A DNA stretch of 63,801 bases from Toensbergia leucococca (taxonomy: Eukaryota), in the NCBI GenBank assembly GCA_022813965.1, contig JALDZS010000141.1, positions 1 through 63,801 of the forward strand, given 5' to 3'. Every line of letters begins with the position of its first letter. Within the stretch, counting starts at the first letter, position 1. Below, in pieces: positions 1 to 12,431 of the stretch. Made by a program: the position numbers and the translations under genes. The notes below the pieces were generated by a model that saw only the letters and a list, made by a program, of their open reading frames with translations, did not search any database and was not told the origin of the DNA.

Positions 1-201
1 AACAGCACAGCTGTATCAGGGGTTTAGGAACTATGATAAGGCTTGATCTATGTACTGAGTACTATACAGGACGAAAGACGAAGGAAACAAGAGGAGAACG
101 AGGTTGAAAGGTTATTTAACCTCAGACAAAAAGGAGCACGCTAACGCGTGACTAGGCAGGGTCCAAGGCCTTGGCAGGCCTCTTGGCCTTGCACCATGAC
201 A
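1..201. mobile_element. Partial LTR cut by the window start, apparently inserted into the LTR at 203-646
   Basis: GC-richer segment ending in ...CCATGACA, like the TG...CA termini of other LTRs here; abuts a truncated LTR end. Confidence 0.45.
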
Positions 202-202
202 A

Positions 203-646
203 TTGAGGTATTGAAGAGTGTTGAGAAGTTATTAAATGTTTGTTGTTGTAGTGTTGTTGTGTTCTATGCATAGAACAGGACGCATAATGTGTCAAGAGCC
301 TTGATTAAAAAGTGTTTAAGAATAGTTATGTTACACTTGTATAAAGACAAGATGAGATGAGAATATCTAAGGTTATCAGACTTGTATGAAGACAAGCTGA
401 TAAAACATTTGATATAGATCTTTAGTGTAATATTACAGTCAGGTCTAAAGTCTAGTCATAGAGATACTATTGAATAGAACACTAAAGGTAAAGATCTAAA
501 AGTACAGAAGAGGAACATGCTATAAGTATCTGACAGGGTGTCACTGAGTAACAGTCATGACATCTGACAACCTCACATGTCAACTTTTAGCTCTTGTGCT
601 GACCTTGATCTGTGCATACACTAGGATGCTAGGGCAGACTGTAACA
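203..646 (-). repeat. LTR (family C), reverse-complement copy of 56100-56539
   Basis: Reverse complement aligns along its length with 56100-56539 (e.g. CAGATCAAGGTCA, TACTTTTAGATCTTTACCTTTA, AAAGATCTATATCAAATG); differences are mostly transitions. Confidence 0.8.
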
Positions 647-1228
647 TATGATCTAAAGAAGAAGAAATTAACTGATATTACTATAACAGACACATCTTAT
701 GAGTACATTTACTGCCTACATACAAAGAATTTAAAATCACTTATTTAAAGACAATATTAATGCAAGATAAAGCATCTAATCAAACATCTTATTAAAATAA
801 TTATATCTTTCTTGAATTTAATACTCAGCTATTGAATTGACTTAACAATTTATCAGACCTCAGCCTTACAGACACATCTAATATTATTTTAAGAACAGAG
901 TAGCAAGAAGAAGATATTACATTTATAGTTATGATCAGTTATATGCAGCATAGATGTAAGGGTTCAAAATGATAGTTGGTGATCCCCTTGCTATGTTGTC
1001 TCCTCGCTGGCGTTCTACGTGCTAGGATTGCAAATATCTAGTGTGTGGGGCCGGAACAATTGATGATCCGGGCCCGGGGACGCTAACCTAAGATAGAACC
1101 GTGACAGTAGATAAATGAGTAAGAGAAGCTAGATAGAGAATAATATATTAACTCATTGATAAAGAAATTTAAAAAGAAAGATAATACAAGTACTAAAACA
1201 TTATAAAAACAACAATTTTTATGATTAA
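647..1228 (+). pseudogene. Possible RIP-degraded gene remnant convergent with the DUF3435 gene, interrupted by a solo LTR
   Basis: Protein-like frame (ELTxQFIRPQPYRHIxYYFKNRVARRRYYIYSYDQLYAA...) whose stops could be RIP-derived; no TE domain recognised. Confidence 0.25.
955..1106. mobile_element. Solo LTR, 152 bp
   Basis: TGTAAG...GTGACA termini with a 5-bp target-site duplication ATAGA/GTAGA (one transition); GC-rich inside AT-rich DNA. Confidence 0.8.
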
Positions 1229-1457
1229 GTCATCTTAATAGAGTATCATTAACGTGACTATTGTATTGTAGATAAAAATTATGATAATTGACCTTTTTAT
1301 GATGTTTTATCTCAAGATACAGTTCTTACATTAACTATTCTAAATACTTTTAAAATGACCTCATATATATGAATTCATGCGTTATATAGAAAACAAGTAA
1401 AGAATTAATAACATAAGAGATAATAGACAAGTAATAGAAAGCATAGTATAAAAGAGC

Positions 1458-2364
1458 CTACACATGCAGAATAATCTTATACATCATTACAATATAATGC
1501 TTAAAAACCATAACCTCTGATAGAACTAATCTCACTACTTTACACATCAGATGTGAACATAAGATTAAATCACCTAGTGTAAACCCTTTTAAGTGTTTTT
1601 TAATCTTATTTATTATCTTATTGACCTGAGCATACTTAAACGTCAGTCCTCTGTAAGATTTGCGTTTATTATTGAGGCAGAAGATGCATTGCCTGAGCTT
1701 GCATATCAGAGGAAAATAATCTGTCTTATCTTCTTTTGACTCTTTCAGAGACCCTTTTAGAGGTATCATCAATTCACTCAATTTATTAACTCACTGTGTT
1801 TAACTAGAGCGTCAACTCTCTTGTTAGTCACAAAATGCTACTCAGGTTTGAAGGGCCTCAATTCTCTGAGTATACTTCTTATCATCTATAAGATCTGCAA
1901 TTAACTTATAAATCAACTGAATAATGTTACTTCACTCAGAAATATCATATTAAAGGGGTGCAGAGAGCTTAACAACTTTATCAGACACTGCAATATTTGA
2001 ATTGACAAACTGAGCCTTAAGGATTATTATATCAGCATTTCAAAAATGTTACTTCCTGACTTTTTTGATCATTCAGTTTTAATAGTTAAATTTCTTCTGA
2101 TGCAAGGTGGCATTTACCTCTTTCTTTTCTTTAAGCAGCAAATTATTTAAAGGAGCTAGTCAGATGAGTCAATATTTTTTCTTCAGCTTCTTAGTGAGAT
2201 CTTTGCTAATATAACTGAGGTAAACTACGCACTTGCTGTTTGCTAACTTCTTTGACAGCTTATTAAACAATTTAACTGAGGCGTTAAGATAGATAGTTAA
2301 TGTCATGAGTCTAGTCAGCTTTTGCATAACATTATCAGAAGGATGATTTAAAAAGGCAGCTTAA
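1458..2364 (-). pseudogene. DUF3435 tyrosine recombinase (Starship captain-like), 3' part, RIP-mutated
   Basis: Reads QAAFLNHPSDNVMQKLTRLMTLT directly after the Gypsy insertion, then the C-terminal Cys/His region PLICKLRQCIFCL...LCSHLMCK...FKHY, as in DUF3435 proteins. Confidence 0.75.
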
Positions 2365-2536
2365 TGTGAGGAACTTTAGTGGGAATTTTATATATTCTAA
2401 AGAATAGATTCTCTAGCTAGCTGAGGTGTGATTATATGTCCCTCACTAGGTAATGCGCTAGTGTAATCTGAAGCATCTAGATTACACTTAATCTATATAC
2501 AGCTAGTATCACTTAGTAATGCCATAAACCGTGACA
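2365..2536 (-). repeat. 3' LTR of Gypsy family B
   Basis: TG...CA termini; direct repeat of 9168-9339 with 15 mismatches by hand count, all transitions. Confidence 0.95.
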
Positions 2537-2550
2537 ACCCCCCCCCCATA
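2537..2550 (-). other. Polypurine tract
   Basis: G-run on the minus strand immediately before the 3' LTR. Confidence 0.85.
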
Positions 2551-2899
2551 AAAAATGATCAACGCCCTCATTGGTGTACCTTATAGGTCATGCAAAGATG
2601 TAATCAGATCTCTCTACTAACGGCCAGCTCTTCCTAGACTTTTCTCAGCTAACCACGCCTTCAGGGTGGGGCTTCAATAGATAGCTGAGATGGGTGTGTC
2701 AAAGAAGATGATAGGTCAGTCCTGATTTGACACTCAATTGAGGTGTATCAATTAAGGCGTGCTTTTATGGTTGCCTTGATCTTCTAAGTATCATGAATAA
2801 TTTGTTTGCAGGACCCGTGGGTGGTAGTAAGGATGTGATGAATTCACTAAGCGGTGGCTTGACCTGTTGAATCTTCTGTGTAGTCAGCATAATCATTAG

Positions 2900-5800
2900 T
2901 TTTGCTTTATACTTCAAAATTAGCTTAGGCGCGTTTTCTAACTCCTTACTATTGATTCATTGATCAAAGTGAGGCCCATAGCTCAGTCAGCAAACTAGGT
3001 ACTCAATAGATTTTTCTTTGCCTCTATTGATAATTCATTTATTGATAAGGCGTTCTACCTCAAACAACTTGAAGTATTCTGTGTCACCTTTTATAAACAC
3101 TGATGGAGGCTCACTTGGTCTAGGCCTATAAAAAGGGTCGCTGGCTGGCGGTGAGTGAGGTTCAAGCTGAGCTATCATGAAAACAGGGTGAATCCGTCAG
3201 TGAGATAGAATGTCAAGTTTATATGCAAGACGCCTGATTTATTCTAGAATTCTCAGTGGAGCGGTAAACTGCATACTGAGTCTTTTGCCTAGAATCTTAG
3301 ACTGCAGAATTAAATATACCTTGTGGAGTCAGATGGCTGCGTAGTCACTGACCTTCATAAAAATTGAGGTGTGTTTGGCGTCATAATAACGTTTTTGACT
3401 CATTGACACGAAGTCAATAGTGTTCGCCGCTGCAGTCCTCGCAATTGCTGAGTCTGAGATAAATTTTGTAATAAAATTTAAGTTCAGAGGGTGGTTGATG
3501 AGAAACCTGTACTTGATATCATTAGGAGACATGGACGTTGTTGCTGAAATTGAATTGTTAAGTTTGGATTGAAGCTGAGAAAGGACTGAAGGCCACAGAG
3601 CTAAATTCTCCAGCGTATTGAGATAAAAATAAAGGGCTACTTTCACCGTTTAGTTGGTCCTCTCACTTTGGCCATCCACCTGGGGATGGTAGGCTGTAGA
3701 GTACAGCAGTGAAACTCCTAGATGTTTAAATAAAGAAGACCATAGATCTGATAAAAAGTTTGTGTCTCTATTGGAAATAATTACCCTTGGTATGCCTCAG
3801 TCCACAAGGTCTAACCTATCTATTAAGGACCTGACTCACACAGCTGCTGAACTCACTAATGTCTTAGAAATAAGCTAAATACCCTTGGTGACCTTGTCAG
3901 TCACTGACATGATTGTATTCATCTCCTCAGCTGAGACTGAAAGTGTCAGTATAAAATCAAGAGTTAGTGTGTGAACAGGCACTGATGGGCTCAGAATAGG
4001 CTGAAGGTCACTATAGGATTTATGCCTAGGGGTTTGAAAAGTTTGGCATTCCAGACAGTAAATAAGAAATTGTCTTAGCTTCTTCACAAGACCACAAATA
4101 TATTAGTTTGCAGTCATTATTTCATATGCTCTCACAAATTCAGGGTGAGAGCCCTTATTGTGAGTGATGGAAATGATTTCTTCAGCGACTGACTTCAGAA
4201 TACACAGGCGGCGATGTTTTATTGTCTTACTAACATAATAAATCAGGTAGCTTATAGGCTTCTTTTGCCTGAGCGTGGACGTCAGGCTGAGGATTAGTTC
4301 TTGTGATGTAGGCATGGGGCCTGTGGCAGATTCAAATTCAGAAAGAATACTATCATTTGTCATAGAACTGTTGAGGTCATGAGTCTTAGAACTCTTCAGG
4401 TCTTGGGTCCGGGCCGTGAAACTCTCAGGGTCTTGAGTCTAAAACACCTGCTCCCTAAGAAATAAGATGATAGTGACATTATCACCATGCCGTTCAAGCT
4501 CTTTCAGTTGCTTAAAAACCTTTCTCCACGGTTTATCCTTCTGATAACCGTCAATAAGCTTACGTTTAAAGTCATCCTTCATTTCAACCAACGACGTATG
4601 ATACACATAGAACGCGTCAAGTTCATCAGATAGGTCTGCGTTTCCTTTGTTTAAACTGAACTCTTTCAACGCATCAATGTCCATGTATAGCTGATGATGC
4701 TAATCAAAGTGAACCAAGAAACTGAGCTTACTTAGTAGTGCTTGTAAGGATTCAAAGGCAGCCACCTCTCATGGTGATAGCGTTAAGGGTGCTTCTGAGG
4801 CAAACCGTTGCCTGAGTCTCCCGGAAATCGTAGCACTTTGTAACAGTGATTTCTTGCGGTCCTATAAGGGCTGTATGATCTGGGCATAATAAGGTATATA
4901 CCGTTATAATCAGCCGGTCATTCCTATGTAGGTTTCTAGCTTCCTAAGGGTACAAGGGAATTTCAGTAAAGAGATAGCTTTTAATTTTTCTTCAGTGGTA
5001 GTGAGGCTAAAGGAATTGACTCACTGTCTAAGGAGATGAACATCTGGGTAGCCAAGGAAAGCCTTTATTGACTTGATAAAAATCCTGAGCTGCAGAAAAA
5101 GTTTGAATATTGTGCGCAGGTGAGTCAGATGTTCCTCTAGCGTAAGTGAGTGAATCATCACATTGTCAATATACGCCTTAGTGAATTTTGCAAAAGGTGA
5201 CAGGATCCTATCTATTTGACGTTGAACATAAGAGATTGAGTTCTTTGCCCCCATAAGGGTCACATTTGAGGTTTCTTGGTCACAGTGCAAAACTATGGTT
5301 AGTTTGTGGTGATCATCTGAGTGTACACGCCATTGATAGAAAAATGATGTGCAGTCAATAATTGAGATAAACAGACAATCTTTTACCTGTAAGATAATAT
5401 CTTCTTGTAAAGGAATTAAATAGGCGTCAGTTATCATGATTTGATTAAGTCCTTAAATGTCAATAACTGCTCATCCCACGCGCTTGCCATCAGCCTGTAT
5501 CTTTCATACTATGAAGACTGAATAGGAAATGAGGTACTGAATCTCATTTATTCAAAGTGACCTTGATGATGTAGCTTATCAAAGGTATCATCTACAACTT
5601 GTCTATCCTTTGATCCTAATGGGTAAACCTTAGCCTTGCCAGAGACCTTTTTCTCTCAGTCAGGCTTGAGGGGTATCCTCATTCAGTCATCTTGCGGTAG
5701 ATCTATGAATTTTCCCTTGTCCTCCCAAATTTCAGGGTATTCCATGGCAACGTCAGCTATTTGAGTAACCACGCTGAGCTGGCCGTAAACGGATATACTG

Positions 5801-6700
5801 TTTGAAAGGATGGTCTTCAGGTTCTTGTGTTCTAGGGTACTGACAGGAGGTAGGCCCGTGGCCACAGTAACACCCATCACAGTGGCTGCCAATATAGTGA
5901 ACGCTTTTTTAGCTCATTTAGTTCACTTGGTTTTAGACACCTCTGTTATAGCTAGATCACCATGCTTTAGTCCAGCGCAGAAGCAATTATTATACTTCAT
6001 CTCTGAAATTGCACCTAGACGCAAACGACGTAACAAAGTAACCTCTTTATCTGAGTTGTTTCTAGTAAGGACGCTGGTTAGTGAGTTGTTTACTAGATAA
6101 GAATATAGGTCCAGGCTTGAATTTTGAAGCGGTTTGAATAGAAAATCACGGTCATCAGGGAGTGATACTGAGCCATAGTTCACTGGGATTGCTAACTGAG
6201 TTTAGGCTGAAATTATCATGGATTTCTGAGTTCAGATAGAACAAGAGACACAAAGATTGAATGGTGACCTTCATTCTGTGGTAATGGGAATTGTCATACC
6301 GGAATAGGATCCTATAATAGCTTTTTGTTGACTAAGTATAACGTCAATGCCTTTTAGGTACAAGACGTCAGTATCAACTAGAAGATAAGCTTTGAGGCCG
6401 TTAATGACGTGAACCTCCGTGATTATTATTCTCAAGACGGGGGTCCCATCCTTCATACCTAGGAGATGTAAATCAAGCACTACATACTCACTAATAACGT
6501 GTTTGTTTGCCTCAATACTATTAACTTTCACAGGTTCTATCATAGTTGAGATTATAGTCTCTGGAGCCTGTGATCATAAATAGTCTTGATCAATAAGTGT
6601 TACTGAACACCCCATATTCAAACAAATATCCAGCGGGGTACTGCCTGAAGACAAACTACATTTAACGGTAACGCACCTGTAGAAATAAAAGTTGAATCCA
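2900..6700 (-). pseudogene. pol: Gypsy pol (PR-RT-partial RNase H-IN-chromodomain), many stops
   Basis: PR CLNMGCSVTLID (RIP form of DTG); RT SIIDCTSFFYQWRV...AYIDN; IN HPEF...CLECQ...TLDFI and YHPQVDGQSER; chromodomain FEVERLINK...EYLV at ~2900-3080. Confidence 0.9.
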
Positions 6701-6869
6701 TTGAACTTTGTTTGTGATGCCGTTGATTAAATATGTTGCTGAGCAGGTGATGAGGGCTTGTTTTTTGAAGCGGTGGTGAAAAGACCTTCATGGCCCCCGG
6801 TAGTACAGTTCTTACTATCCATCACTAAATCTACCACGGTTAAGGTCACCTGCATCCTGGGTTTGCAAG

Positions 6870-8313
6870 TTTACCGCCGTAGATGGTGGTGTAGCTTGTT
6901 GTTTGAAATAAAAGATTCCTTGCAGTTGCAACAGTTAAAATCATTAATTCTATCTATGAAGAAGCTATCAGCACTGTCTGGATTATTATCTGGCTAGAAG
7001 TACGCCAGGTCTCCTTCACCCTGAGCATAATAATCTATGAGGAAACAGTCATATGCCTCTGAAGCCTGACTACGTTTGTCCCATAATAAACCGTCATCAT
7101 TTATATTTTCTGAATCATCTTCCGTAGCTTGATAAGTCCTTGACCTTCATGACCTTCCTTCAGGACGCCCTCCTTGATTGACGCCGTAGGTAGATTGAGC
7201 TTTAATCTGGTTGGTCAGCATAGATCGATTCAATTGACCGGAATCTGACCCTCTTGAGGAGCCTGAATTCCCGCCAGTAATCTGAAGGGGTACCCACGTA
7301 GGTGAAAGCAATAGTGACTGGCGTGAGGGATCGTTTGCTCAATACTAAAAGGGCTGATGATTTGAATAGCTGGGATATTGCAATCAATAACCATTATAAA
7401 ATTGTTCAAATGATACAAGGGGTGGCCTAGAAAATTGATTATACAGACCTTTAACCGGCTTGGCCATTTTAGTAGGTTGAGATTGCTTGCTCTTATCATA
7501 ATAGGTGAGCTCATGCCACATATCAGCTTTTGCATCTAGCTGTTCAAGGAAATGATGTATTGTTGTCTGATTAGTGAGCTCTGAGATGTGAAGGTAAAAT
7601 TTCAGTGTCAGGTTATTTCAGGCTATGGTTAATTGATTGTGGACAGACCTCATTTCCGCTGCCTTGACATGGCAGAACATCACTTGCGCGTATGAATGAG
7701 AATCCTTACCATTCCTAGCATCAGCCATCATATAACGTTTCATTTGAAGGTTTCTCAGGGCCATGCTAGTACGCTCCTTAAACCTTCTTATTAGGGCATT
7801 GTACCATTGATTGTAGGTAGCTGTGGGTAAGATATCCTTCTTCAATTCCGATAATTCATTTGAATGCCATGCCAACGCTGATCCTTGCAAGCACATGGGC
7901 AGAATATCTCTAACTTTATCTTCATGCAATTTAACCATATCTTTGAGACGGTCTATAAAGGCGTAGACATCTCAGTATATTGTATGCCTACCTATGCTAA
8001 TGACCGCAGCGTTCCCGGATGCTTTGTCATCATATTCAGGATTGAAGAAGCTGATATCATCTGCCTTTAGACCGTTGTTGCCGTTCTCAGTACCTGGCGG
8101 GCCTTGTTTCTCAGGTGGGCCTAAAGTTCCTGAGGGGCTAGCGGTACCTTGAGTATTAAGATTCCTAGTAAATTCAGTCAGGGCGTTCTGAAGGGTCTGA
8201 GTCAGTTCATTACGTTGAGCTTCTAAAAAACCACCGGCCATGTTACTGAGTCTGACCATGTTTTTTGGGCCTATAGGTCGCTTGTATATTGCTTTCTCTG
8301 CTGATGTAGTCAT
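6870..8313 (-). pseudogene. gag: Gypsy gag with a C-terminal C2H2-like finger
   Basis: LKADDISFFNPEY...LPMCLQGSALAWHSNELS...LIRRFKER; CCNCKESFISNNKLHHHLR at ~6875-6935. Confidence 0.8.
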
Positions 8314-9149
8314 TGAAGTTGACTGCTGTCAACTGATCAATGGCTGGCGGCTGGTTAATGGCTCTTACTGACTAGATTTGGTTGTGGGATTGAGATTAAC
8401 TGTCAGAAATTTGGCTTGCGGTTGTATACGGCTTGAGGTTCCACCTGAATCAATAGAAGCTGACGGTCACTGACTAGGTTTAGCTGACGTGAGCAAGGTG
8501 AAATTGAGTGTGGGACTAAATGTTAGAAGGTTGTTAAAGTTAATGACAGTAGGGTCTAGGAGTTTCCTGGCTAGTGCTCTCAGGGTAGTCTCTGTTGATA
8601 CAGGTGACGATAGCGTTCATGCTGATGAATTGGGTGTCTAAATAGCTGATTCAAAATTTTTAATGTCTCAGCGTGGCCTGAACTTATTCACTACTCACTC
8701 AGTGAGTCAGGCCGAAGGCTCTAATGATTCAGATCTACCACATTAATTATCTAGTGGCTGTGATAAGACCTGGCTTACCGTGGTTTGGAGTGTGGCAGGC
8801 TGAAAATAGTTAGCAGTAATATCAAGTATTGCCTGACAGGTAGTGAACGAAATTAGATAGGTATTGATATGTCTCATTGCAAGATATGCTTCAAACTTGA
8901 AAGCGGCCTAAATAACTATATCAGACAGAGACGCCAGCTTGTCATAGAGACGCAAAGATCTAGTGAGGATTCAGATGGGGTTTTAGACCAAAGGCCTAAC
9001 GTTAAAGATTATTCTGAAGAGATTTGAGGAAAGTGAAGCTGGTGAGGCTTAGGTTTATCAAATTAAGTAAACGGGTATGCCACGTCTATGAAGGTAATAA
9101 TGGTGGTAGACGCAGAACAATGAGTCTAGATGAAATGGTAGCTTTGTTC

Positions 9150-9164
9150 CTACTGTTGCTACCA
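9150..9164 (-). other. Primer-binding-site-like sequence
   Basis: TGGTAGCAACAGTAG starts 3 nt after the 5' LTR; the TGG start fits a tRNA CCA end. Confidence 0.6.
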
Positions 9165-9167
9165 AAT

Positions 9168-9339
9168 TGTGAGGAACTTTGGTAGGAATTTTATATATTC
9201 TGAAGGATGAATTCTCTAGCTAGCTGAGGTGCAATTATATGCCCCTCACTAGGTAATGCGCTAGTGTAATCCGGAGCATTTAGATTACACCTAATCTATA
9301 TACAGCTAGTATCACTTAGTGATGCCATAAACTGTGACA
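9168..9339 (-). repeat. 5' LTR of Gypsy family B
   Basis: Direct repeat of 2365-2536. Confidence 0.95.
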
Positions 9340-10993
9340 CTTGAGTATTGAATTAAACCTCTCAATTTAGATAGTATTGAACAACGTTAGACTGATGATC
9401 AAATATCTGATTACAAATAAATGATAATACTTTCTATATAATAATCTTGAGCATTAACATTGACGTTATCAAAAGGAAAGACCGCAATAATAGAAGAATT
9501 AACTTACTGTTGAAAGTGTTGACTAACTCATGTCGTGCATAATACTGAGTAAATGACTGCTTCAACTCAGAGTTGTGACTCAGTCATTGAAGATAATAAA
9601 GTCATATACCTAATTATAAAGGGTTAGTTAATAATGTATAAAACTTATTCACGGCGTGTTCAGACTCACAGAAGATAGAAGTATGAAAAACATTGTGTTT
9701 TATTTTTAACTGCAGACATTTCTTCTCACAGGAAATCTTGACTTAAAAGATGTTACTAACATTTTTCAATGACTCAGCAGCAAACACATCATTAAAAAGA
9801 GTTATAAAGAGTAGATGATTGAGAAGACAGAGAAGAGAATTATCTTCTCACTCAATAATAAATGTCTTTCTATTTAAAAACAGTTTAGTGATGATATTAA
9901 AGGTGCATAGAGATAAGGAGAAATCTTACTCCTAAGAGCAATTATCTTTTTCTTTTATATGAGTGATTATCACCTTAACAAATAGAATGTTAGACACATC
10001 AAAGATGCAGTTAAAAGTGATGATAAAAGTGATATGTCTTTAAAGTAAGCACTTACTCTTATTCATACTAATATTAATGTTATTGTCAGTTTTACTATCA
10101 CTGTCACTATTATAGTATGTGCTAACATTTTTATCAGTGTTAAGATTACAGTCTGAGTTAACAAACATAACTCAATCATCCTTTCAGTCTATCTTCTTAT
10201 CAGTGTTTAGAGTCACTTGATCTTTATTACTGTTTTTCAGTCTGTTAACAGTCACAGCATAGTCAGTGAGCTTGCAAGCGTTATTCTTATCCTCAAATCA
10301 TAGCCTCATGTCAAACAATAAGATTAGTCAGCATTTAAAATATGAAGTTATAAGAATGTCTGTGAAAACATAGTTTCTTTGCTGCTCATCTTAAAATACA
10401 GCAACATTATATACTCAGTGATAGAACAGAATATGATGTAGATTATTAACACTGCTAACGCCTTACTTTTTCAGAAGTCTGTGAAGCTTGTATTTATTTA
10501 TAAGGACTTTCTTGTACTATCAACAATATGACAGTCAGTAAGGTTAGCCTTAATGTGAAGGTCTACACTGTAATCTCTTACATTTGTTACATCTCTTCTA
10601 ATACTGTTATTTAGTTTATAACTGCTTTGATTCATAATATGCATGTTTAAAACCTATCAGTAGTTGTTTAAACTCTTACTGACTTACACTCTCAAATAGT
10701 GATCTAGAATTCACTGTAGAAATGTCTTAAAATCTTGTGTGAATGTTGTTTAAAGGAAGCTTTCAGGGCATTTATCAATATTAAAGTAGAATCTAATCAT
10801 GAATTAGTGAGTCACAATTATATATAGGCAGTAGTAAAGATTTAATATGATTAACCTGCTTCACTTCTTAAGGAGTAACATTTTGCTTTTCTTAATGTTA
10901 TCAGCATGCTTTAGACTAGTTTAACCCTTTGCTGCAAGCTTCTGACAGAGGTTCTTGTAATAACTCAGTGATTACTTGATAGTCTTGTGACAT
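9340..10993 (-). pseudogene. DUF3435 tyrosine recombinase (Starship captain-like), 5' part with introns, RIP-mutated
   Basis: Manual translation: MSQDYQV..., QDFKTFLQxILDHY, NLHHILFYHxVYNVAVFxDEQQR...SYFKCxL (GCRP-like), KVIITHIKE (HTKG-like), KTFIIExEDNSLLCLLNHLL, TQYYARHELVN (YCARRG-like), NQIFDHQSNVVQYYL, FNTQ; GTAAG introns near 9929 and 9507. Confidence 0.8.
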
Positions 10994-11517
10994 GCCTGCA
11001 CAATTTTGCTGACTGTCATAGAACGTTGCTGCTACAGTAAAAGGTAAGTACAGCGCTACAAGTAAAAACAAAGGACAGAATGTGTCTGAAACTTTGAGGG
11101 AGTGTATTAATAGAAGCGGCCTCAGTGATACATAAAAAGAAATAAGTGATGTCTGATTCATTATGTAAATAACTGTATAAAGAATAAGCCTGCTGTTTAA
11201 AGTGAGAGATAAAGCTTGCGGTGTCTGTAAAGAGGAGAGAAAATCAGATACGGCATGATTAGATAAGGTCATGTCTCTTTTTAGGATTACTGCCCTTCTT
11301 ATCAAGAACAAGTCAGTGATAAAGTGCAATGTGAAGGGAGTCAGAATTGATTTCTAGTTGCGCTGCGCCATGAATCAGATTCTTGTTTTTACTGTTCAGT
11401 CTGATACTTTATTCAGTAGAGTGTTGCAGGGGCCTTTAGTGTTTTAGCAGCTTAAAGTAATCACTGAATCATGTCTTTTTAGCTGCTCAAACACTAAAAA
11501 TAAGATACTAAGTGTAA

Positions 11518-12431
11518 TATAATTCTGAATATTTTAGATGAAGAGTGCGCTTCATCAGTAAAAAGACATCAGTTTTTAGTCAATGAGTTAAAGGTAAAGG
11601 GAGTTTATTTTAATCTCATGTACTGTCAGAAGGTACATTATTTGTGTTATGTGTCTTATTAGTGCTTAACATTTATTAATTTTCTTCAAGGGCATAAATC
11701 TCTTTCTGCATCTTGTTGTGTAAATCTTATCAATGTAAAACATTAAGTTACTGCTGAGTAGTAATAAACTCTTTCTTAGTCAGAGATTTAATCTGATCAT
11801 TGTTATGCTAAGTCTTATTAAAGTCACTTAGGTTATTTATATCTGTCAATTTATCTAAGGCAGAAGTAAAATCAGTGATCTTAATTGAAATGCTGTCAAC
11901 TCTCTGACATAACATAGATGACTCACTCTGAGTAGCTGAGAAATTATAAGAGATATCTAATTATATAGTTTCTTTTATATTATAGATAAATCATCTTTCT
12001 TTATAGAATGAAGCTTTTAAAATGTAATGACTTAGACATTACATTAAATAAGAGATTAAGTCAGGGGTTTTAAACAATATAAATACATGTATAGAGAAAA
12101 TAACTAATAGCTGTATTATAGATATAGTATTTAAACTAAAAGTTAAGGAGTCAGCTTTATTACAAAGCTATAGCCTCTATTTATTTAAAAGAATAGATGC
12201 ATAGAAAAATAAGATTAAGATAAGCATGTAAGAGTCATATGAGTACTGCTAAGCCTTGTGTATCTTACCCTTATATTTATATCATATCATTATAAAGTCA
12301 CTATTTATTCTATGTGTAACATTCTTATAACATGATGTAACTGAGCTATTAATGCCTGAGTAGATGCAATTCAATAATGATGTTATACAAGTAATACACA
12401 TGCATATTAATACAATAATATATCTAAGACA
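11518..12431 (-). mobile_element. Gypsy family A, minus-strand copy: LTR (12023-12431) plus a probable leader/gag start
   Basis: 409-bp LTR is the reverse complement of 15849-16256; no TSD, so not a solo LTR; gag-like MKRTLHLKYSELYY stops abruptly at ~11514. Confidence 0.6.

Larger units (their letters stand above)
2365..9339 (-). mobile_element. Structurally complete Ty3/Gypsy chromovirus (family B), 6975 bp, RIP-mutated
   Basis: 172-bp LTR pair, TSD CTTAA/CTTGA, PBS-like TGGTAGC and PPT; gag, protease, RT, integrase and chromodomain in Gypsy order. Confidence 0.95.

Noticed and set aside
10916..11329. 137-aa independent gene
   Set aside because: Only its last ~25 codons are the captain N-terminus; the rest is upstream sequence.
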